This document shows, piece after piece, positions 11,872 to 24,664 of a DNA stretch of 64,000 nucleotides (positions are counted from its first letter, which is position 1; the number at the start of each line of letters is the position of its first letter). Under the pieces are notes generated by a model that was not told the DNA's origin, searched no databases, and saw only the letters and a list, made by a program, of their open reading frames with translations. Both the position numbers and the translations under genes were made by a program. Source of the DNA: Malacoraja senta (lineage: Eukaryota). The DNA lies in the NCBI GenBank assembly GCA_038087875.1, contig CM075989.1:18600001-18664000 (forward strand), read 5' to 3'.

Positions 11872-13299
11872 TAAGAAATAAATAAACTATTTTAAAACAA
11901 TTTAAAACGTTTTTTTTGTGTAAGTTATAGGCCCTGAAATCACCATTCAAACAAAGGTGTTACCATTCCAGTGTCAAATTTAGATACGTGGGAGTGGCTG
12001 ATATCCAGAAGTAATGCTAGGGAATTCTGTAGACTCCTTTCCTAGCGTTTGTCATGTGACACGGCCCAATCTAGCAGAGAGTCTGTATGTCCAGGAGTTA
12101 TTTGGAGTGGCTGAATGCTGGTGGTTCCCTTCATTATCGCTGGCCTGAGTTCGACTTGGCCGGATAGCAATTTACAAAGCACTTTCTAGGTAATGTTTTC
12201 ATTTTTTTAAAATAAATGTCTCCATTATGAATGCTGGACAGCAAAAAAATCACACATACCCCAGTCTAAAAGCAACAAAATAAAAATGAAAATTGTTGAG
12301 ACCTTTTTTTATGGAATTGGATCACCCATCAATGTTTTCCATTTAGTGATAATGTACTATTGATAGCTAATCGACTTTTCTTTCACTCCGAACATCTATA
12401 TGATAACATGCACCAGTACAGAATCGCATTGGGTTGGTTGACAGATGGCTCTCAGCAGCAGGGTGGATTCAGTAGAAACAGTGCTGATTAAAGAAGCAGT
12501 GTTTTACAGGCATATTATGATTTTTATTTTTACTCTTGTTAAGACAAGTGATTTTTTTTTCTCTCTGTAACATAGGACACATTCTGTTTGACATGTTTAT
12601 TGATGACAGGAACCAAAGGTTATTTTGAATGCAGCAGTGAATTAACATTGTGGGAAGCAATTAGATATAAAATTCAAATCATACTTTTTAGAGAGAGAAA
12701 CTCATTTTATTTTTTCTTCAATTGAGTTTTGTTGCAAATATGACTGCATTCATATATTTCTGAGCTGGATATCGATTTCTTGTTCTTTCATTTTTGCTAC
12801 AGCTTACCTCTCCACTTTAGCTGCAGTGACTTAAAGGATATTATCTTCAACTGTTGTCACTATCAGTTTGTGGTTAAACGTACTTTCTTGTGGCTTAACG
12901 CATTGTTCAGATTATTTGATAATTTTGTAACTTCCTTTAGCAAGGAATGTTGGATGCAGCATTTTGAGTTTCAGTGGCAAAATTTATTTTGAGTGCAATT
13001 GCAGAATATAAGCTGATTGTTAATCTTTGCTTGTAATGTACACAACATTCTGTAGAATGTACAATAATTCTGTGCACGTTGCTATATTTAAAGGTACATT
13101 TTAGATAAAATGATGACCATTATTTTCAATTGCTTTCTTTCATTCTGTTGGATTCATTGCCACTATTTCAGGTTCAATACAGAGTGCAGAAATAACCTTT
13201 TGTTTCTGCATTGCAGGCCATTTGAAATCATTTTCCTTTCCTACCCCCACCTGTAACGGCAAATGACCAGCTCATAACCTCTGCTTTAGCTTTTTTTTA

Positions 13300-13645
13300 A
13301 ATTACATAAAATTATGAGAGACAGAGATTGGGTAAATAGGATCTCTACTCCAGGGTGGAAATATCAGACTTGAGTGCATAGCTTTAAGATGAGATGGGCA
13401 AAGTTTAAAGGAGATGTGCAGGGCAAGTGTTTTTACACAGAGTAGCGGGTGCCTGGAATGTTTTGCCAGTTGTGATGGTGGAGGCAGATGCAAGTTAAGC
13501 GTTTCAGAAGCTTTTAGATAGGCACATGGATATGAAGGGATATGGATCATATGTAGGCAGATGTGGTTAGTTCATCTTGGCATAATTTTCGATAAAGACA
13601 TTGGGCCAAAGGCCATGTTCCCATACTGTACTTTTTTATGTTCTA
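13300..13645 (+). mobile_element. CR1 3' fragment
   Basis: Similar to 670-1445. Confidence 0.7.
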
Positions 13646-13769
13646 TTTGTTTCTCCCTTGCATTAGATTCCATGCTAATCTATCTAGGTATAGTTAAAGA
13701 TCTCTTCTAATGTATTTTTTTATTCCCCAGCTGTATGTCATCATATTGGGAAGCTCCCTGATGACATTG

Positions 13770-14050
13770 GGACGGCACAGTGGTGCAGCAGTAGAGTTGC
13801 TGCTTTACTGCGCCAGAGACTCGGGTCTGATCCTGACTACTGCTTCTGTTTGTATGGAGTCTGTACTTTCAACCTGTGACTGTCTGGGTTTTCTCCTGGT
13901 GCTCCGGTTTCCTCCCACGCTCCAAAGACGTACAGGTTTGTAGGTTAATTGGCTTTGGTAAAAAATTGGAAATTGTCCATAGTACTAGTGTACAGAGTGA
14001 TCCGGGCAGACTCGGTGGGTCGAAGGGCCTGTTTCCATGCTATATCTTTA
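13770..14050 (+). mobile_element. tRNA-derived V-SINE (HE1-like)
   Basis: A/B-box-like head, V-core GGGTTTTCTCCTGGTGCTCCGGTTTCCTCCCAC, CR1-like tail GAAGGGCCTGTTTCCATGCT. Confidence 0.8.
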
Positions 14051-14829
14051 ATGTACTGAAAAAAGTATATTGAAACTATACAGTACTTTTGGAAAGAAGA
14101 ATATTGTAGAGGTATATGCTAATTGGCTCATATAAAGTAGGATGGAAAAGACTTGCGTAGAATATAAAGATAGGTATTGTTTTGATTCTGTGCTTTAGAT
14201 TAAATGTAACCATTTTATCTGAAGATGATAATAAGATGATGTCCTGGACAAGTACATGGGTCTGCTTTCTTCAGAAGCTGACTTTTTTCAAATTTATCCA
14301 AGCATAATTAAGATTATTGGTGCAGGTGCTAGAACTACAAGCCAAAACAGAAAATGCTGAAATATTCAGCAGCACGAGCAGCATCTGTGAGAAGAGAAAC
14401 AGGAGGATATAACTCCTTATTCAGCACTAAATATGGCAGTGCTCAATATCGAGCCTGGCAGCTAGGTGTTTTCAAGATAGAGTGAAGAGTGTTTTATTGT
14501 CATATGTCCCAGATAGAACAATGAAATTATTGCTTGCTGCAGCACAACAGAATATATCATCCTACCTCTTCCAAAGTCCACAATTAATGAGGAAGAGTTA
14601 TTTCACCCAATTCGAACAGTGGTCTGTGGATGAGGAAGTCAAGGCTCCAATTGCAGAGGGATGCGCAGAGACTCGTAATTACTGATGTTATCCGCATGTG
14701 TGCGTTTAGCATTTGAGGAAATGTATGTCAACATTAACATAATCACTTGGTAATTCAAAATAATGCAAAACTACCTGAATTTGTTGCTGAATTAGTAATC
14801 CAGAAGCCAAGGCAAACAATCCATTAAAT

Positions 14830-15200
14830 CAAAGAACCAGGCAGCACTGATACAGGCCCTATCGGCCCACTTCCATGCTAATTCCATGTTAGGCTTTATC
14901 TCCCTATGCCTTTCCTATCAAAGTATGTATTCAAATGTATTTTAAATGTTGTAATTGTATTCTCCTCTATCACCTGCTAGCACTGCTTGTTCTAGATATT
15001 CACCACTCTGTGTGGGAAAAACGTCATCCTCAGATCTCTTGTAAACCTCCCCCCTCTCACTTTAAACATGCGCTCTTCGTTCTAGATTTCCCCTATCCAG
15101 TGGGGCGGGTGGGAACTCTGTCTATCTAGCCTATCTATGCTTATAATTTTGTAAACTTCAGTAAGTGCACTCTCAACCTCTTGAGTTCCAGTGAGAATAT
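14830..15200 (-). mobile_element. CR1 3' fragment
   Basis: Reverse complement of the CR1 3' end. Confidence 0.65.
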
Positions 15201-15509
15201 ACCTAGACTATTCAATCCCTTCTCATAACTGCACCTGTCCATTCCAGGTTGCCTCCCGTGAATCCTCCCACTTCAGCCCCATTGATGCCAATTGGGGCAT
15301 GTATTTCACAATGCTTCCTGGAGTTGATAGCAAGTTCATCTTGTTGACATCGAGGGAGAGGTTGTTGCCCTGACACCAAGTTAGGAAGTTCCCTTATTTT
15401 TTGCCTGCATAACTTGTTACCCAACATCATTGTGATCTGAAAAGGCAAGTTCCTTGTGAAATGTCAGGGCCTTGTGTGACTTGGGTGAATAATCCCAGGA
15501 ATGCGTAAG

Positions 15510-15935
15510 AATGATAAGCGTTTATCGGCACTGGGCCTGTGCTCGCTGGAGTTTGGAAGAATGAGGGGCGGACCTCATTGAAGCTTACGGAATGGTGAAA
15601 GGCCTGGATAGAGTGGATGTGGAGAGGATGTTTCTGCTAGTGGGAGAGTCTAGGACCAGAGGGCACAACCTCAGAATTAAAGGACTTTCCTTTAGGCAGG
15701 AAATGAAGAGGAATTTCTTTAATCAGAGGGTGGTGAATCTGTGGAATTCTTAGCCACAGAAGGCTGTGGAGGCCGTCAGTGGATATTTTTAAGGCGGAGA
15801 TAGATAGATTCTTGATTAGTATGGGTGTCAGAGGCTATGGGGAGAGGCAGGAGAATGGGGTTAAGAGGGAGGGATGGATCAGCCATGATTGAATGGCGGA
15901 GTAGACTTGATGGACCGAATAGCCTAATTCTACTA
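15510..15935 (+). mobile_element. CR1 3' fragment, second subfamily
   Basis: LEF.RMRGDLIE...QRVVNLWN motif and CR1 3' UTR. Confidence 0.85.
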
Positions 15936-16809
15936 TTATGAGAACAAACCGTAGCTATGAAACGGTCAGCAAAATGCAGGTAGTCAAGATGCATCTCGCC
16001 TGTCATTATTACCTCAAACGTGTCAATAACTTGTCAGGCCATTCCGCACATACAAAAACAAAAATCAATTGAAAACGTAACCAATTACAACAATGTAAAT
16101 TATTTTTTAACCAATTTCCTTGTCCTAATCCCTTGCAGCCATTCCTCTCCATTGAAATGTATGGACATGCTGTTCCTATACTCATCCATACTAGCTTTTG
16201 TATTAGAAATCTGCAGCATCTGTGCTATTGCCACTGATGTAGTATGGAGTGGAGTCAGGGAACTATCTGTAAAGCTCCGCCAGCATTTTTGGGACCTGGT
16301 TTGTGCAGAGATTATGACCATGGTGAGGAACTGAGGGATGCTGCCAGTTGTGTGTGGCCCTGCTAGCATTTTCAAGGAACTTCCAGTTATTTTCAGGCAA
16401 TAAGTTCTGAGCAGCTCCTAATGGTCCAATTTCTGGCACTGCAGGACCTGCTGCAATGTCTTGGGTTGCAGCCTTCATCCCCTGTCACCCTCTCCAACAT
16501 AGTAAATAATTGCATACTGGAAATAAGCACTTCAACCAGATGGATGCTATCGTCCAACGTTAGACATTAAGCCAGTTTTTTTGGATATTCCTTCTGCTGT
16601 TTTGAAATGTAGACTTGATTATTCAGTGTGTGGCAGGTTAGATTAACGCAGTTGGAACAAAATTGAAATGAGGTAAAACTGAGTGATAATCCAGAAATAC
16701 AATAATAACAATAGTTATTTGAACCCAGGTACAGCTGAGGTAGAATAGAATAATTAGAAAAAAAAATTAGAAGCCCCCCCCGAGGGGATTTAAGTTTGAA
16801 GAGGTTTGA

Positions 16810-17405
16810 TAGAACATAGAACAGTGCAGCACAGTCTGTACCGAACATGATGCCAAGACCATCACACATCTACCAACCCAAGCACAACTCGTATCCCACC
16901 ATTCCCCTGTATTTGCATTTTTCAATCCTAAAGTCATTTACATATCTGCTTCAATCACCATCACCCCCCCCCCCCCCCTCCCTCCAGGCAGTGTGTTCGA
17001 GGCACTCACCACCTTCTGTGTCCCGTACTTCATAAAACATATAACATAGAACAGTACAGCATAGGAACTGGCCCTACGGCGCACAATGTTTGCGCTTAAC
17101 ATGATGTCAAGTTAAACTGATCTCGTCTGTCTGCACATGATCCATATCCCTCTAATCCGTGCAATTCCATGTGCCTATCGAAAAGCCTCTTAAACACTGC
17201 TGTGGCATCTATCTCCACCACCACCTCTGGCAATGTGTTCCAAGTCACTACCACGCTCGTGTTTTAAAAAAATAAAATAAAAACTGGCCTCTCACGTCTC
17301 CATTAAACTTTCCCCCTCTCGCCTTCTAGTGTTGGGCATTTCCACTCTGGGGTTGGAGGGGGGGGGGGGGGTGGGGAAGGGTCTAGCTGTCTACCCTATC
17401 TATGC
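16810..17405 (-). mobile_element. Two tandem CR1 3' fragments
   Basis: Two ACATAGAACA tails at about 16814 and 17044, each followed by reverse-complement CR1 UTR. Confidence 0.7.
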
Positions 17406-17725
17406 CATGTGCAAAATGTATGTGTGTAGAAATGTATGAATAGATACTGTTTTTACGTGCAATATTACTGGGTATTATGTTCCTATGTATGTGCACATAA
17501 AAGTATTAATTGAATACACTAGGAATATTAAAAAATAAGTATGAATTATTTTTCACGTTTTGTCAGAGTGGCTGTCTTGATTGAGATTTAACATTAGCTT
17601 CATGTCATCATTATTATTTTTTTTTAAAACATACTTCGTTCCTCCCTTGATTTTATGAAACCATGTGGCAGAAAATGTTTGAAATTCATTAATTGTTTCT
17701 TGTGATTTCTGCTTTGCTTTGACAG

Positions 17726-17851
17726 GCCTACGCTTCAGGTTGTGACATTGTCATTCTTGGAAGTGACTTTGAATGTGTTCAGATCATCCCTGGTGCTAAA
17801 CATGGAAACATCCAAGTTGGTTGCGTGGAATGTTCCCTTCAGCAAGGCCGG
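17726..17851 (+). CDS. DMXL2: DMXL2 exon 2-equivalent (AYASGCDIVILGSDFECVQIIPGAKHGNIQVGCVECSLQQGR)
   Basis: cag|GCC...CGG|gtaaag, 126 nt, phase 0-0; matches the recalled DMXL2 N-terminal WD40 sequence; ECVQIIPG is DMXL2-type rather than DMXL1-type. Confidence 0.93.
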
Positions 17852-18457
17852 GTAAAGTATTGTTTTATGACTAATCCCTGTAATGCATGGGTGACGTTTA
17901 TGCCATATTTTAAAGTTTTATTATTTTACTTTACCTTCTGTTTGTATTCTGCAATTTAGTGCACGTTCTGGATTTAGTACACGTTAACACTTTATTTATT
18001 TTAGTTCAAATGTTCTAATTCGTGTATGTTATTTAGGAAATATGAAATAGGTAACATTAGAATCTAGGAAGAGTTATCCACCGAGGTAAAGTTGCAGTTT
18101 TTGTGAGGTGGAAACAGCTCAAGCAGAAGATAGCCTACCGGTTAGGATTAACTTTACCAAAGCAAGATTGTGATCATCCGGGTTGTCTAGAATGAGTGAG
18201 GACTCCCAGCCTTGAGCAAATCTAGTCGGCGAATTGATACTGCACAGTTCCATGGAACTCTGCACATTCTATGTGATTTCAACATTAAATTATCAATTCT
18301 TCCCTCGTGAGTTGACTTGGGTCAGAGCGTCCATCTGAATTCTGTCATCTTGGAGCTACCTTTACTCAAGGCTAAAGAGGCCTGAACTGATCCTTATAGT
18401 GATAACACAGGTAGTCATTTGGCCCTTTGGAACCATGTTAACACCCAGGAGAGGATA

Positions 18458-18747
18458 GTTTAGTTTAGAGATACAGTGTGGAAACAGGCCCTTCAGCCCA
18501 CCGAGTCCACGCCAACCAGCAATCATCCATACACTGGTTCTATCCTACACATTAGGGACAATTTCCAGAAGCCAATTAACCCACAAACCTGTACGTCTGT
18601 GGAATGTGGGAGGAAACCTGAACACCTGTAGAAACTCCACCTGGTCATAGGGAGAATATACAAACTCCGTACAGACAGCACCTGATGTTAGGATCGAACC
18701 CGGGACTCTGGCGCTGTAAGGCAGCAAATCTTCTGCTGTGCTGCCCA
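18458..18747 (-). mobile_element. V-SINE (HE1-like), near full length
   Basis: Reverse complement of 13770-14050; (GTTTA)n tail. Confidence 0.85.
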
Positions 18748-19249
18748 TTACTGGCTAAATAATACCACAATGATGGGGTATCTTAATATTGCCATTTCAA
18801 CCCCCCATTATTTTCTTGCACCCTCTGCAACTTATTTTCTCTCACTCGTGTCCATTAATTCTCCCTAGATTCTTTGTGCCATTAATGTACATCAAGTTAT
18901 AATTTACAATAGCCAATTAACCAACTTGCATGATGTCATGGGCCATTGGAACACCTGCAGGACACACCTGCAAACACTTCTTTGCCCTTAGCCTGCTGGG
19001 GATACTTGCTAGTTGTTGAGTTGATGTATGCGCTTAAACCTACCGCAGATGTGACATACTTCTTATCAGCAATGTAGTGAGTAGCACGATTTGTCATAAA
19101 ATGCAAGACACTTGCCAAGTTTCTGCTGCTCAACATGGAATGGCACTCTATCTTGAATGCTAGATTTGTAGCTTGGACGTGCCGAGGAGCTACAATTGGT
19201 GCATATTATCCAGTGAATGTATACCGAACCTACATGGAAGTGAGCTTGT

Positions 19250-19437
19250 AAAAAAATGTGTAGGAAAGAACTGCAAATGCAGGTTTAAATCAAAGGTAGA
19301 CACAAAATGCTGGATTAACTCAGCGGGACAGGCAGCATCTCTGGAGAGAAGGAATGGGTGACGTTTCGGGTCTGGACCTGAAACGTCACCCATTCCTTCT
19401 TTCCAGAGATGCTGCCTGTCCCGCTGAGTTACTCCAG
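19250..19437. mobile_element. Penelope-like fold-back element
   Basis: About 66-bp inverted arms over 19307-19440; TSD CATGGA(A/T)GTGAGCTTGT at 19233-19249 and 19438-19454. Confidence 0.8.
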
Positions 19438-19997
19438 CATGGATGTGAGCTTGTTGTTTAATACTTCTCTTTCAGATAATGCTTTCCGCCAGCTGTTGTC
19501 TCATTGCAAGTTATATAAGGCTTCAATGTGACTGAAGAACCAACACAAAGGATTCTGTTTTTCATCTTTTTTTATCCTAACGATATAATTATCCAGTGCA
19601 AGTCTTCCCTAGGTTACAAGTTTCTGAATTCTGTTTCTGTGAACTTATTGTGACTCAAATAGTTCACAAGATGGAAATGTGGCTGCAAAGAGTTCCCTTG
19701 TGGGGAATCCCAGATGCCTGCAGCTGACAAATCCATCCCACTAATCTCCCAAATACTCGTATGTACAGGTTGTACGTATGTCAGATGTTTGTGAACTGGA
19801 GAGGAACTACAGTGAATAGGCTCGGAGAAATTTCAAATTGTTATGAGTACGAAAAATTGGGTACAGCGATAATGCATAACCTGCTGTACACTGTATTGAA
19901 TTTACATTATTTCCAGAACTTTATGATGTTTCTGTTCTATTAAGATGATCAAAGGTTCATACAGTGGATAAATAAGTTTTAATTGTGTTATTTCTAG

Positions 19998-20069
19998 ATT
20001 GCTGCTTCTTATGGAAACACTGTTTGCATTTTTGAGCCCGTACCATTAAGGCATTACAAAAGAAAACTT
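19998..20069 (+). CDS. DMXL2: DMXL2 exon 3 (IAASYGNTVCIFEPVPLRHYKRKL)
   Basis: tag|ATT...CTT|gtgagt, 72 nt, phase 0-0. Confidence 0.92.
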
Positions 20070-21269
20070 GTGAGTATTATCACGTATTCCAGTTATTCTT
20101 TGAAAGTGTTACAATATAATCTTTTATTTTCCTCAGCGTAAATTTTATACTTTGTATATAGTTTTTAGAGCTGGTTGTTTTTTTGCATCATCTAGAATTA
20201 TCTAGAGAAGAAAAACTCAAATAGAAGAGATTTGTCTGTTTCAAGTGCTGTCTAGTATAGAGTTGGAAAAATCACATTTTCATAATTTGACAAATATGAA
20301 GCATGCCAAGGGCATGCACACAACTCTTCTTTGTCAAAGCTCCCAGCAAACGATCTTTCCAAGAAATTATGTGAACATGCCTGATTGTGTTCAGTTGGGT
20401 CTGAACTCTTTCTGTAGCTCTGTATTCCTTCAATTTCTGAAGCTGAGCCATATTAAACTTGATAAAACATTTTTCAGTAAAATATTTAACTGTTGCTTCA
20501 AACCTTGCGTTATTTGGTCAACTGTAATATGGGAGTGGATATCCTAGAATATGTGGTGCTGAGGTAAGCCATCAGCCACAAACTTATTGAATGACAGAAC
20601 AAGCAAGGGGCTGAATGGCTTCCTTTTCTAATTCTGTTCTAATTGCTAACAAATTGGTATAGTATTAGGTCAAGGACAATAGATATTACCATTTTTATAG
20701 TACATCTATAATATCCAACCTGATGAGTTTGGGATCTTTATAGATTTACTGTGGATAAATTCGTTTCCATAGCATAAACGATGCAAATGACCTCCAAAAT
20801 GCACCGAAACTATCTTTCAATTTTAATCTCCGTGAAGTACAGCAAAAGATTCCGTGTGTTGTGCTGCCCCACGTCACATCCTCTCGGTTTAGAATTTTTG
20901 ACAATTTCCTTAACTTTGTTGCTTCTAAGTGAAGATAAGGTACCATGTTGATAATTATGATGTGCCAGTTTTTTTTTGTACTATATATTCCAATAATAAT
21001 AATGCTATTGTCATTGTCAGTACATGTGTGGAAATATAGTGGAATACTTGACAGTCTATTGAATTAAAAAATGGAAGCCTGCTTCTGTTTGTGATTTAAT
21101 GATATGTGGACATCCATTGCAAGACCAGCATTTATTGGCTGCACTATAATTGTTGACTATTTGGATATCTTGAAATCATTCTAGGTTAAGTTTTCTGAAA
21201 CTTAACCCAGTTGAAATGTATTCAAAATGTAGCCTGAACCAAAAGGGTGGACTGACCACAAGTCTGAGA

Positions 21270-21680
21270 GTCATACAGCATTCAAATAGGCCTTTAGGCC
21301 CAACTCATCCATGTTGACAAAGATGCCCCATCTAAGTGAGTCCACTACTCCTGAAGTTAATACATTGTTTTGAAAAATGGCAACACCACAATCTTTTTCC
21401 CAGGGTAGAGGAGTTCAGAACTAGAAAGCATGGGGTTAAGAGACCTGAGGAGCATTTTCTGCACACAGAGGGTAGTATGTATATGCAATGAGCTGCCAGA
21501 GGGAGTGCTGGCGGCAGATACAATGGCAAAGTTTAAAAGACATTTATGCAGGTACATAGATAGGAAAGGTTTTGAGCTGTGTGGGCCAAGCGCAGGCAAA
21601 TCAGACTAGCTCAATTATGAAATCTGGTCCGTAGGGACAGTTGGGCCGAAACACCTGTTCCCATGCCATATGATTATATA
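21270..21680. mobile_element. Two CR1 3' fragments in opposite orientation
   Basis: Minus-strand tail at 21270-21345; plus-strand fragment at 21395-21680. Confidence 0.6.
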
Positions 21681-22189
21681 ACCACTTTCTGAATACCTCC
21701 CTCCAACTTTACCAAAGTACAAAACGAAAAAAAGGTATTTGAGAACCTAAAAGTAATTCTAATCATAGCTGTATAGTGTATGTTGAGCTGGATTTTTCCT
21801 TCAGCAATGATGGAAAAGCATCAGTAGATTACCTTAAAAGATAGTTGACCTGATGTTTCAAGGCCTTAAATATTCTCAAATTTGACATGTTTTTTAGTGC
21901 GCTGCTCTCTGCAGGGTTCACTGTCATCAGTACAGTGTACAATAAATGACGTGCTTTGAGGTTCTGGCCAGCAGGTGGTGATGCAACCTTTACCATACAT
22001 TATCCCCCAGTCACCTTTTGACATGACTGCTTTATATTGTTGAAACTTGTGGAGAAAGATACTGTTCGTTGGTTTGCCTTGCTACACTGTATTTTTCAAA
22101 TATGCTGAATTAATACTGTTGAGAATACAAAAAGATGTCTAAATCGTAAACCTATGCTCAATATCTGTTTCTCAGTAAATATCAGATGT

Positions 22190-22835
22190 TTAGCCTAGTT
22201 TATTGTCACGTGTACCGAGGTACAGTGAAACGTTTTTTGTTGCATGCTGTCCAGTCAGCGGAAAGACTATACATGATTATAATCAAGCCGTTCACAGTGT
22301 ACAAGTACAGATTAAAGGGAATAATGTTTAAGACTAGATAAAGTCCAGTAAAGTCAATTAAAGATAGTCAGAGGGTCTCCAATGAAGTAGATGGTAGATC
22401 AGGACAGCTCTCTATTTGATGATAGGATGGTTCAGTTGCCTGATAACAGTTGGGAAGAAACTGTCTCTGAATCTGGAGGGACTTCTCTACCTCTTGCCTG
22501 GAGGTTGAGGGGGGTCCAGTGTGAGACTCATCCTTGATTATGCTGGTGGCCTTACCTAGGCAGCGTGAAGTGTTGATGGAGTCAATGGAAAGGAGGTTGG
22601 TTGGAGTGATGGTCTGGAATGCATCCACCATTCTCTGCAATTTCTTGCAGTCTTGGATGGAACTGTTCTCAAACCATGCCGTGATGCATCCCGATAAAAT
22701 GCTTTCTACAACGCATCTGTAGAAGACGGCGAAAGATGTTGGGGCATGCTGAACTTCCCAAGCCTTTTAAGGAAGAAGAGGCTTTGGTGTGCTTTCTTGG
22801 TCATTGCTTCGATATGGCAGATTCAGGACATGTTG
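22190..22835 (-). mobile_element. Rex1/Babar-type LINE 3' part
   Basis: Minus-strand peptide LQRMVD..QTIT...SI.SI.TSRCLGKATSIIKD. Confidence 0.75.
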
Positions 22836-23134
22836 CTGCTGTACTTTGCCCTATTATAATATGTTAATTATTGAGACTGACCCAATAACTTTGTGACACC
22901 ACATTGTGAATAGACTCTGCTGTGGAACTTGTGTATAACTTCAGTGTCTGATACATTCACACCTGCCCCATGCTTGCCTCATGCCCTGTTTGCAGCCAGT
23001 AGCAGATTCTGGCACAATGGTAACTGTAAATTGCACAGGGTGCCAACATCCGATTTGGTGGCCGAGAGTGTGAATTCTAATGATAGTACATCTTCATTAC
23101 TGTTTTCTTGCTCTGCCATCTCTGTTGAAATGAA

Positions 23135-23580
23135 AGAGTTACAGCATTAAAATGGGCCCTTCGGCCCAACTTGCCCATACTGACCAAGATGTCCCATCTA
23201 GTCCCACCTGCCTGCATTTGGCCCATATCCATTTTAACCTTTCCTATCCATGTACCTGTCCAAATGTATTTTAAATGTTGCTATAGTTTCTGCCTCGACT
23301 GCATCCTCTGCCAGCTTGTTCCATGTACCTACCACCCTCTGTGAAAAAGTTCCTATTACATTTTCCCACTTAAACCTCTGGTTCTTGATTCCCTTACTCT
23401 AGCTAAAGACTGCATTCCCCTTATCTATTCCCTTCATGATTATGTACACCTCCAAAGATCACTCCTCCTCCCGCACTCCAAAGCCTAAAGTCCAGTCCAA
23501 ACATGCCCAAGCTCTCCCTTTAGTTCAGCCCCTCAAATCCTGGCAGCGTCATTGTAAATCATTTTTGCACTCTTTCCAGC
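23135..23580 (-). mobile_element. CR1 3' fragment
   Basis: Reverse complement of the CR1 3' end. Confidence 0.7.
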
Positions 23581-24042
23581 GTAATCATTTAAAAATACAT
23601 TCACTACCGTGTAATACCTTTGTAGAATCATTGAACTTTCAATACTTCAACAGGCGTTTGCAGTAAAAGTGGCATGAGCCTCTGCAGGAGTAGAACCCCA
23701 TCAATGTAAGCAAATGCATTCAACTTCAAGTGCTTGTTACATGGGTCAGGGGTTCATGGATGGGAGCAGCGATGAGATTCTGAGGCATTACAATAAAGAC
23801 AGCTTTCATCTGTGGATTATCATTTGATGTTAATTCATTTGGAATCTTGGATTGAGTCCAATTTTTTTGATAATCTGTGAAAATCTAATTCTTACAATCT
23901 TTCCCCATGTGATTTGATTCATTATTAAAGCATCCATTGTAATTTTCATTCTTGGTTCTGTTAATCATTTAACATGTTACACTAATTTCTTTACAGAAAT
24001 AAAATATTCAATTTTGTTTTAAAACATTATCTAAAACTACAG

Positions 24043-24121
24043 GTCTTAAATTATCAATGGCAAAAGAGAGGGCAGTTTTTCCTCCAATCCATGGCATACA
24101 ACTTGGCCTGGGATCCACAAG
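24043..24121 (+). CDS. DMXL2: DMXL2 exon 4 (VLNYQWQKRGQFFLQSMAYNLAWDPQ)
   Basis: cag|GTC...CAAG|gtaac, 79 nt, phase 0-1. Confidence 0.92.
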
Positions 24122-24664
24122 GTAACTGCATCTGTTTGGTAAAATTTAAGTGCTTATGACGAAATACTGTGATTATTGCTCTTTTTAAAATAATTGTATC
24201 TATTTTTAACAACATAAAAATATTAAAAAAATATTATCAAGTCAAATTGAGTTTATTTTTTAATGATTAGTAAAAATATTTTTCTTAAACTGTGGTTTAA
24301 ATACTTCTGTAGATTTAAAACGTTATTTCTCATAATGGAAGTCTTTATGTGCAAAGATACAGTACATTGTGCACAAATGCACCTTCACACATAATGGAGC
24401 CCAGGCACAATAGAGCTGTAAATTGTTTTCTGTTTTGATAATTGAATATGTTTAGTTTGTAAATTCAAGGTATAGTAAAACTCTGATGATAACCCAGCAC
24501 CTTCAGAATGTTGGCGCCACACTAGTAGATTTTATTGACTGTTGGATGTTATTCCTTATTAATCGCCTATACTCTTTTCACAAGCTACACAATGGTTAAT
24601 AAATATTTCAATGAATTTGGTGAATTAAAGATTACGGGAATCTGAGTCCTAGGGAGTGTACACT

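Noticed and set aside
13770-13850. tRNA gene
   Set aside because: Degenerate tRNA-derived SINE head continuous with the V-core and tail; no proper cloverleaf.
16964-17380. Poly-C and poly-G runs as a functional G-quadruplex pair
   Set aside because: Homopolymer expansions inside CR1 relics; lengths are error-prone and there is no other support.
1-17725. DMXL2 exon 1, promoter or another gene
   Set aside because: No MHLHQVLTGAVNPG-like coding sequence, CpG island or convincing exon was seen; treated as intron 1.
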